This document shows, piece after piece, positions 26,101 to 37,400 of a stretch of DNA of 64,000 nt. The stretch lies in the NCBI RefSeq assembly GCF_023055435.1, contig NW_025963779.1:60760001-60824000 (forward strand). The letters run 5' to 3'. The notes beneath the pieces are model-generated. The model searched no databases, was not told the origin of the DNA, and saw only the letters and a list, made by a program, of their open reading frames with translations. The DNA is from Haliotis rufescens (taxonomy: Eukaryota). The translations under genes and the position numbers were made by a program. The first letter of the stretch is position 1. Every line of letters begins with the position of its first letter.

Positions 26101-29100
26101 AACGCACTTTTATGGTCAGTACACTTCAAAACATTATTTGTCAGTAGTAGATAATGTTTTAAACATACCACAGACGTGTTCATCTTCGCCTTCTTTACAG
26201 TCTCTTGTCCCATCGCAAACGTTCTCAGCAAATATGCATGCGCCATCACCACACTGAAACTCATCTACAAGACACTCCCGTTCATCTGAAACCAACATTA
26301 TACCAATAACGGAACGTTATAGTATACGTGTATTGCTAGAATAGGAATAGTTGTTCGGAGACGAGAACAGGGATAAAAGTGCATAAATGGTTCGGTGATA
26401 TCAATTATACTTTATGGATGATGAACATATTCACACTGCTATGCCGATAAGCCCATATTCATTGCACGTGTGTGGAGAAACTTAGCATTAACTGCTGATT
26501 AAAAGAAAGTATACACCCATGTTTGACGGTGGCTAAATATAATACGAACAAGACAAGACATGGTTATTCGATGGTGATGTATTTGATACGGGTATGATAT
26601 CCTTAAGTTAGCAGTGTTTCGGCAGACAACAGACAATTTGTACACTTACCACATGGCTCTATGGTAGATGGTGCAGAGAGGTATTTGCCGAAACCATCCG
26701 GAACTCTCTTGCAGTATTTCCTTGAGTCGTCAGCGGTGACTAAAGGAATGGTACAATAGTATTCGTGTACGACTTATGCATGTTAAATCATTTTAATTTT
26801 TAATTTGTAAAGCAAGATATCTCAAAAGACGAGTGTTTCTGTTCATCGCAATATTCAACACAAGTCTTCAAGTTACATGTAATGCTTGCCTGTTCAACGA
26901 TGTCTGTTATCAATCCATAAACAAATATATCAAGGAGGCATCTTCCCTTAACACCGGGAGGAAAACATTGTACAACAATCATATTTCGAATTTTGTGGTT
27001 ATAAGATGACATACACCACCAGTATATTGGGCTCGATCTTTTAAAATCGCAGATATGATGCCTCTTCGCTCCCAACTCATCCTCTTTATTGACGCCAGGA
27101 CAATCCACCATCCCATCCTTCACCCAGTGCATGGGCAGACACGTGCCATCATAGCACTGGAACTGCTGGCACAACCCTGTTGAAAACGTTTATTTGGGCA
27201 ATATAAATATAGTCTTTGAAAGGCATTTAGAAGTGATACACATGAGGAAGAGAATTTATGGATGTCAACGTCTTTATTATGAGGAACACAACGTTTCGGA
27301 GTATATGCTTACTCCCTCATCAGGTGAACCATTCACCCGATGAAGGAGTAAGCATATACTCCGAAACGTTGTGTTCCTCATAATAAAGACGTTGACATCC
27401 ATAATTTCTTCACCTGATGAGAGAGTAAGCATATACTTCGAAACGTTGTGTTCCTCATAATACAGAATTATATAAATTATCTTCCTAATACTCATATATA
27501 ATTATTCTTTCATAAACAATAAACTACATAAACATGCGATACTGCTGTGTTGGCAAAAATAGATGTCAGCTTTACGATTCACACAGTACAAGAATCAAGT
27601 TAAGAAAAGTACTGTTAAGCAACTCTTCAAAAAGGTAGGGGATACCCAGAAATAACTTAAACTTTCCAAAATTGTAAGCGATATTAGTTTTTCGTAATAG
27701 CTGTATGATAATAATAAACGATTTGGGAACACATTACAACCGGTAGTGAAGTATGACAGTAGATGTTATGACCGCCAACGACCTTGAAGGACGATCAATG
27801 GGAAATGTCACGTTTTAGAATCAGTATTGCGTAAGACCGCCCCGATTTGTCAAACATTCATTCACTCGACGAGGGATACTGCGTATGAATCTCCCAATGG
27901 CGATTTGAGGGAGTCTGTCCCACTCCTCTTGCAGCGCCTGGCCACGAGATCGGCTGCCTATGACGTTGACGCAAACGTCTCCTTATCATGTACCTAACGT
28001 GTACAATAGCTGCAATGTCTGGTCTCCTTGCTGGCCATGGCATTCTGTGGATGTTGTTCTGCTTCAGGTGAGCATTGACGATTTGTGCATGGTCAGCACG
28101 GGCGTTGTCGTCCTGAAAGACAAAACCTGCACCCACACGACTTGCAAGCGGGACAACAAAGAGTGTCAATATGTTGTCCCGATAGTACTGTCCACAATAC
28201 TTGCACAATATTGAGAGGGGTTCGGTCAGGCACAGTGATGCCATCTCACACCATAACTGATCCGGACGCAAAGCCAAATCTGTCATGAGGTCTCAGGTTT
28301 GCTTGACGTTCATTTCAACGTCAACGACCACGCCTATCAAGGATGTGCAAAGTTAATCAGGACGCATCTGAAAACGTGACACGTGACCAGCGACAATTAC
28401 CCTTGTTTCGACATTGTGTAGCAATATGACGATTTCTAAGGGCCGTTGAGCATGGAGATGAGCTGCATGTAGACGATTTCTAATCGTCTGACCCATATTT
28501 CGTACTCAAGTAGCCTGATGAAAGTTTACAACAAGTTGATTCTCCGTTTGCGTTCGATTTGGTAGAGCCTGGTTTCAAATCAATCGATCCTGTACTCTTG
28601 TCATTGACCTTGGACGCACTGAACGGAGTCGATCGACATGTTAGGTTTATTGGTACATGTTCCATAGTCTTCTAATCACAGACTGTAAAACATTGAACGT
28701 ATTGGCCAACTGACTTCTGACAGTTTCCTGCACACCAGTAGCCCGTAGACGCTCGTTGCATACGCCGCATCGCTTGTTCATACATTAACAATGAATGGAA
28801 TCTAGTAAATCACAACTGTATGATAAGCAGAATGAATAACACTGATAGAAATAATGGTCCACAGAGATCAATCGACCTTCCTTGAAAGTGTCAAAATCAG
28901 AAATGACACCCCTTGCGCGTGTGTGGCGCTGCTGCGTGAGACACGTACAAACTATAGGATGAATTTGATGTTAAGTTTTACAGACATAAACGATCTTGCA
29001 TGGAATGTTGGTCGTCAACACTTATCTTTGTTCCAATACTTGGTATTTACATTTCTATTTCATGATCCCCCTTTTTAGAGTATATATTTAGATAAAATAA

Positions 29101-32100
29101 AAGATAGAATAAAATTGAGTTCATGGCAAACGTTATCTACATCTAGATACATGAACATTGAGTGCACACCAGTCTATTTACCTGGGTAATATTAATGAAG
29201 CGCCGTGAGCATTCACTTGGTAATGGAATTTGGCGCATTTAAATGGATCAATAATGATTATTATGAGGTGAGTGGTTACCTTGTCAACGACTCATATTTC
29301 AAAAGTTGGTATTTGGATTAAATACAGCACATATTGGTACAGGTTCGCAACTGCACATAACATTTACCTCTTCAGTCTCCATATTAAGTATTTTTTTCTA
29401 ATTGGACCTTCTATGATACGTCGAAATGAGTGTATCTCTCAGCAGCTGAGTGTATAATTATATCGTGCATCAAACTGTGGTTGTAAGGACGTGGGCTTGG
29501 TGACAACTGCCTTTGCACCAACTACCGTATGGGACGTAATAAGCGCTCCGCTCTAATAAGCGCCCAATGCAATATTTGCTAATATATTGGCTAGTGAACA
29601 ATCCCAATTAGCACCCCTTCCGACTAATCAATGTGCACAAGACTTTTCATTCGTGTATAATACGTGTGTTATATGCATCCTTAATTATTGGAAATTAAAT
29701 TCTGGAAAAATATATCTGTCGTATATAAACATTTCATGCTGTCGGCATAAACCACGAAATTAACGATCTTTCAACTCTGTTGTTTTTCACCAAAATAACA
29801 TTCTAATAAGAAACCCCTTTTTTCTAATTTTGAGAGCGCCCTGGGCGCTTATTATGTCAAATACGGTAACTCACCTTCACAGCTTCTCTCATCTGACCAG
29901 TCCTGACAGTCGTTGAAGAGATCACACACATACTTGGAGAGTATGCACTTCCCGTTCTGACAGCGGAATTCATCAATGGAACACGGCGGGAACACTGTGT
30001 AACAGAAGGGAATAGATACAAGAAACGTCACCATTGACATCCGTGTTTGTCGGGGGTGTCAGTAGTGTTATAAATATAAAACATCAACGACAGAAAGCAA
30101 TCAGTCTCTCGATTATTCCACGTAACAGATTTCATTGGTCGTAAAATGCTGAATAGCGGTGAAACTAATATGAATGGTTTGTTGACAATCAGTGATGCCA
30201 CCACGAAAAGAGCTCTCCCATTCTCTCTGAATGGTTATTGTTTATATATATATATAGTTGGCCCAATTACTTGAATAAACCTGACTTGACTGGTGTGGAC
30301 TAATGACGATGTTCTAAGGCTAGCCCGCTGAGATACCATGCTACAGGTTACATAGACACCCAATACAGCCAAGTAGGCCTTGTTTTATCTGCCTAATGTC
30401 AAACACCTAGCTGGGAAATAGACCGCAGAACCTATATGAGTGAGTGAGTTTATGCTTTACGTCACATCGGCAATATTTTAGCCATATCGTGACGACAAAG
30501 AACCATTTCATTTATATTTTTTAATACGTGTTTGTATCGTTATCTTTCGTGTAATTGTCCGATTATCGACCACGAACGTTGATACTACTTAATTTCGTTT
30601 ATCCGACATACTCGTTAATCCGACATAATCATATGCAACCAACAATGTCGGATTAATGGGACTTGACTGTACATGGATTCTATCGGGACAAATAATGCTA
30701 CATCCCAGAGCACGACAAATGAGTAAAACAGTTACAGATAAAGTAGTCTTATAGACCATCGCAAATATATCGAGTCCTCTATAGTTAGAGCAAGTGGAGT
30801 GTCGGATGAGGATTCTAATGGGATCATATTAAAAAGTAGCATGTTTGCAACGACAGAAAGACTTTGAGTTAACGAGGTTTCGCTGCATTCGGGCTTCTTG
30901 TGTGACGCGATATGTGGAACAGAAAGACTTCTAGTTTATGAAGTTTCGGCATACCGCATGATCGCTCGTCTGAGTTGTCCCCGCAGTCATCCCTGAAGTC
31001 ACAATACAAGCTCGAGGAGACACAGCGGCCGTTGTCACACGCAAACTGGTACTGGGAACAGTCGGGCTCTTCAAAAATAGGAGTGAATGTATTAGCAACA
31101 TGATGACGGCGAGAGTGTTTAGTAATATTCCAGCTATATGACGACGGCCTGTAAATGAACGAGTCTGGGCCGAATAAACCAGTGGTTGATATTGTTTGCT
31201 ACACCCCACGCCGTAGGAATAGATGGCACGCAATCAGACAAAGCACCAAGTCTGACCATCAGATTCATTTACTCGTTTAGGGCAAATATTTGTTGCTTGG
31301 GACCTATTCAACCCTGGAAATCCTAAAGAGTTTTTGAAAATGTTTATGGCATATGCACGATGCCAATAGTTGTTTCTGGCTACGAACACGTTATTTTATA
31401 CAATGTGTATGTTTCTTTCATCTTAGCAAGATATAGATGAGACACACATATTTATGTATAAAGTCATTTCTTCATAGCCTGAAGTAACTTGAATTGAGTC
31501 AGTGGTTGAGATTTGACAGAAACCTAGAAATCGTATAATTATGTAATTATGACATATGTCTCACTCATTCACTCATTCACTCACCCACACCCCTTTCCAC
31601 GTGCACTGATATACTTGGGAATCAGTGTTAACAAATACCATTTAAAAATGTCCCTTACTGCACATGTATTCATCACTGCCATCTTTGCAGTCCGACAGAC
31701 CATTGCAGACACTGTGTGCAGATATCAGCTCCCTGTTGTCGCACTGAAACGTCAGCCGTCCGGTCTCGTTGAGATAATCAGCAGGAGACAGCAGTTGAAG
31801 AACTGGAACTAACATGACATGGCAGTGCGTAATGATGTTTAACAAATGTAAGATTGTTTTATACAGCTTCAAGACTTAGATAACTTACAAATGTAAGATT
31901 GTTTTAGGCAGCTTCTAGACTTAGATAACTTACAAATGTAAGATTGTTTTATACAGCTTCAAGACTTAGATAACTTACACATGTAACATTGTTTTATACA
32001 GCTTCTAGACTTAGATAACTTACAAATGTAACATTGTTTTATACAGCTTCTAGACTTAGATAACTTACATATGTAAGATTGTTTTATACAGCTTCAAAGT

Positions 32101-34363
32101 TAGATAACTTACAAATGTGAGATTGTTTTATACAGCTTCACGACTAAGATAACTTACAAATGTAAGATTGTTTTATACAGCTTAAAGACTTAGATAACTT
32201 ACATATGTAAGATTTTTTTATACAGCTTCAAGACTTAGATAACTTACATAAGTAAGATTGTTTTATACAGCTTTAAGACTTAGATAACTTGAGTTGACGG
32301 TTTTCATTATTGATAGGAGCAATAGGGTAGTCTAGTGATGATGTGGCTCGCTCTTGTCTTGGTATACCTCGAGATTGATGGGATACTGCAGGATCAGGCG
32401 CAGTTAACTTTGATACAGCCTACAGGTGTTACAAAAATGTTCTAACAAGAATAGTACATATTGCTGATGGGAGGTAAGCTGTGTAAATATTGCATCTACG
32501 CGCTAGGACATTAAATTTTTCACAACTCCAGGATGACACAAGATAATATAACACAGCATTACTACAACCTAAAATTAAAGTTGTAAGACTAATGTTCGTA
32601 CCTTGGTAAGAGCGAGAATGATTTCTGGCGGACGACTCACACAGAACTCCAGCCTGTAAACTGCTGGCACAGCCCATGTCATACCAGCCACCTTCGCGTA
32701 CAGCAGTACACAACTCATACAGCCCGCCGTCAGGCTCCGTAGTAGACGAGGTGTTACCGGCCCTGACAGACACACAGGCAAACTCATCATGTTCGCATCC
32801 TATTACGATTTGTTACAACCCATACAATTTAATTCAACTGCAAACTTATCAACATAAAGTTCACCCCCTTTAGGAATCCAGGTTAGAATAGGTCCCCAGA
32901 CATTTATGCTGGGAGTAAGAAGCGATCACTTGGGTCGGGTGGCTAGGTTCGGTGCCTTGGTTGACAGCGAGTCCTCGTATCCACGGCAGCATGGACCGTT
33001 GTTCACAATATCAATAACTAGATCCATTCTTGATATTTTATAGGCTGCTGTCTTAAAGCTGGAATGTTGCTGAGTGCGGCGTTAAACCACAAACAAACAG
33101 ACAACACATTAAGTTTGGTGAAATTTATGGTTATTGTCATCCCCCTATACCACGGTATGAAGAGAAAAACAATTTTAGGTACGACTTTTGTTTTACCCAA
33201 ATATGAATTAAAACGGCAATAAGGTACGCTGGTCCGTCACGAAAAGTGTCTGGTGGGGCGAAGTAGATCAATATGTAAATCCCTAAAGGCCATATCATAT
33301 GAATTATTATAAAAATTGTAATGGTAATTTATAGGAGGTAACGTCTTGTCAAAATACATTTTTGGAAGATTAACCGACGTACATGTACAAGATCCCGCAA
33401 ACGTGTGGGGAGCGCCTGCATGTTTCAATTAGAAAACACTATTTTTACCAGTTGTTATAAAGTAGAGGTCGGCCATCTTCCCAGAGAAATTGTCCCTTGA
33501 AAGTAGTTTGACCGAACGAGTACTTCCGAAGGCCTACAAACAATAAATACCGCAAGTATTGTAAAACCAATATTCAGTGTCAACTGCAAAACTAAATGCG
33601 ACATACAATGTGCATGCAAGTACGTCATTAATAGATATGGACATTTATATAATTAACTGAATCATGAAATCAAGACAGAAACACAAGGTTGTCTTTGATT
33701 GACGTTTAGAAGTTGGTAGACAGGAATGCATGTAGTTGTTATGGTAAGAATTTATCTGACTTGTTGGCCTCAACCACGTGAATGAAACAATAAAGACTGT
33801 AGTATTTCTGACATCAATATGAAGACATATGCATGCCTTCAAAATAAGGTGTTTAATGGCTCGCAAACGAGTGTACATGTTCTACAACATTCCGAATACC
33901 TACACCAAGCTCAGTGCAGATGCCAGGGTGTGGCATGAGTGACATAAAGAAGAGTATGTATTTCCCATATTGAGTAAACCAACTGAGTAAAATGATTGCA
34001 TGATACAGAAGTATAAAACGTCAACGCTTAACCAGTCTCGATTACTTCGATCTGGTATCTACATACAACAAAGACTTATGTTCGATCCCATGGTCAGTCT
34101 GTGACGTAGTTATTTCCTTAAGTATACGTACGTACGTGGCATCTGAAACAATGGGATAACACCTACACACTATCACTTCTATTGTATTTGTTGAATTTCC
34201 AACACATTACCCGGCTGCATCATAACAAAAGACGTCAAAAGATATTACTTGTTGTTACCCTGTGTCTGAGTCGGGTATCCATGTATAACTGCGGCATGGC
34301 ATCTCAGTGGGCTAGCACTATGAAGTCGGCATTAGACCGGACTATTGCAAACAGCCACGCACG

Positions 34364-34424
<61 letters not shown>

Positions 34425-37400
34425 GCTCACACACATACAGATATGCTCTCACAAGCGCATGCACGACGCTAAATAAGTGCAATAATCTTGAACGCGAAGT
34501 TAAACCCAATTGCACCTCACGTCGCCTGATTAATGGGATTCTCTTCGTGCAACTCGAATGTTGGGTCTCTGTACAATTCATGCTGTATCGATTTCCCTTC
34601 AAAAGAATACCTAACAGAAAATAGTATTCGATTGTTTGGCAAGATGTAATTGCCACGATGAAGTGAAGTATCAATGATGCATTGAGGCCTGCATATTAGT
34701 GCAAAAAAAGGATTGCCAATGTACGAAACACAGCATTTCACCTATATACACAGGCTGTGAGTTGACGAAGCGCTCCTTGATGAATTCATCTTCGGCTTGT
34801 GATGGTATGGAGGCCAAGGAGTACCTGCGAGATGAACATAGGTCCCTGGCCTCCAGCCACGTCCTTCTCAGGCGGTTGTTGTGGTAGTAACACAGGCCAT
34901 TGTGGTATACGTTGTACCTGTCGCATGTTGCTGGAAAAAAACGACATTATGATGCAAATATGAAGATAGATGTTGTTGGTGTTTCGATAATCTCTCCAAC
35001 AAGCAATTTTCCCAAACCTCGTTTAGCTGACATACAATACGATTTTACAAAAGGTCATCGGTGAATTGCGATAAAATGTGTGTAAACAACACGATTATAC
35101 AAGACGATACATTAATACATGATTGTTCTTTTGTATGAAAAGTAATTGTAAAATATCATTCTGTTGATATATGTAAGACAACATTCACTCAATCAATCAC
35201 TCATTCGACCAACGAATCCAATCGTTAACTTACGTGGACACAGCTGGTGATGAAGAGACTGCAGACCTCGAGATAAAGCTGACCCATTTTCAACCTTCCA
35301 TAATCCTTCCTGGTCACTGACAATGTGGCGCAGGAGGTCGTCCTGAACAGTTCCAATAACAAGAACCTGCACGTGTATTCCGCTCTGGTGAAGATATTGC
35401 GCTGCCAAGACATCAACTTCACCAAGTATTTCTTCTCTGTCTGTTATCACAATAATCATGTCATGTCTTCCAAGCCTGTCCCCTTTCTTACTGGTGAATA
35501 CATACTCTTTGGCCGCCCTCAAGAAGTCTCCAAAACTGGACCGTTCGTCTTGAAGCGTGAGGCTACCCAGCGCCTGTCGTATCTGATCTAACGATTGACC
35601 GTCCTGTAGGTACAGCCATATTTCACTAGCGCCTGTCATCAAAGCAATGCTGGTGTACGCGAGATCTAGCTCCGATATATAGAGTTGTATAGCTGCTGTA
35701 GTGGCGGCAAGATTTTTGTCTCCTATGTCAAGGACAATGGCGACATCGAGGTTCATCTGGCTGCAGTGGTCGAATCGAAGTGGAACGGATGCTAAATAAA
35801 ATTAATATAATGGTGTAGCTAAATACTGAGCGAATAAAACATGACGGTTCACAATATGAAATCTAATATATTTGCATTTGTGACAATAAAAACATCTTGG
35901 CAACTGAAACATAATAACAATTGTGATTAAATAGAAGAAATGATTTCACACAAGTTTCAATCATATACTGTGCACACAACAAAACAAATATCAGAACTGG
36001 CAGGGACAGTTGTCGTCATAAGGGCGGGTGGAGTGAAACGGAAAAGTACATCTTAAATTGTCTTTCAATTTCAGTTTCATCTTAAACTGACTTTCTATTT
36101 CAGTTACATCTTAAATAGACTTTCTTTTTCAGCTACATTTTATATTGACTTTCTTTTTCAGCTACATATGAAACTGACTTTCTATTTCAGTTACATCTTA
36201 AATTGACTTTTCTACTTCAGTTACATCTGATACTGACTTTCTATTTCAGTTACATCTTAAATTGACTTTCTACTTCAGTTACATCTGAAACTGACTTTAT
36301 ATGTCTTATATGTCTAAACTGACTTATATTTTATATAAATTGCCTTTTATTTAATCTACATGTTACATTGACCTTCCATTTCAGCTACTTCTTAAATTGA
36401 CTTTCCATTTCAGTTACAACTTTAAGTGAACAGTTGTCCAATATTGTCCTTTTCAAAAGTCTCTAGGTGGTCAACAAGAACATGATAAGTTTATTTTGCA
36501 TTTGAGTATATAACCTATATTTATAACTTTGAACTAACTTACCACTATGGATCAACCTTTCAACATCTGATAGTGTTTGATTCATCTTCTCAAATGATCC
36601 AACGATGATACAGTCTCTGTTACTGGCAATTCCATCGAAATCCTCCTTACGCAGGTCGCCTAGAGCAACAACTATAACAGATACCGCCGCTCTCCTCACC
36701 TCCTCGGCTTCCTGAAGAACAGATGACATGTTGTCAGGTGGCTGTGTTGTTACCAGAACTGCAAGATTAGGTCCATATCTGTTGTTGTTCCTATCTTCAT
36801 CCTCAAACATATCTTCTCGCATCATCCGCAACGCGTCCGTGATATTAGAGCCTCTGTTCTTCATAACTATACTTACAAAATCAGTGGTCTTGTGATAAGA
36901 ATAAAAATGATGTTCTACCCGGGCCATGTCACTGTACGTGATTATTCCGATGGCATGTGCGAATGGTAACGTTGACTGCAGATTTGTTTCTAGATCTTGT
37001 AAGGCCTTTTTGATGAGAGCGAAGTTGTCCTCTCCTGTTTTGTCCGTATTGTGGACCATGAAGACTACATCACTGCTGTGATTAACGCTATCGTAGGTGT
37101 ACCTGGCGGCTGCAAAATGATTTATTGGCTGAATATATACCGCTGATGTGTTAATGCAATACTGATACCTTTCCATTGTCGCTATATATTTGAAATGTGT
37201 TGATGCAAAGGTAGAATACTGAGTCACTTGAATCAAATAATACCTTTATCATCCATAATCGATTAATAATTGTAAAGAAGACGCAGCGTCTTCTATTGAG
37301 AAAAAAATGTCGATAAACTGACAGTATCTGCATGACGTCAACAATGATAGAACTTCACTATCGAATATGACGTCACTAAATCTCACGTCAGCATGTCTGC

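Noticed and set aside
31840-32290. CRISPR-like array (45-bp unit with internal palindrome CTTACA.ATGTAAG)
   Set aside because: Units are contiguous with no unique spacers, there are no cas genes, and it lies in a eukaryotic intron.
33237-33428. Extra GPCR exon
   Set aside because: It would need a ~30-nt intron, and exons 5 and 6 already join in phase to complete the lectin domain.
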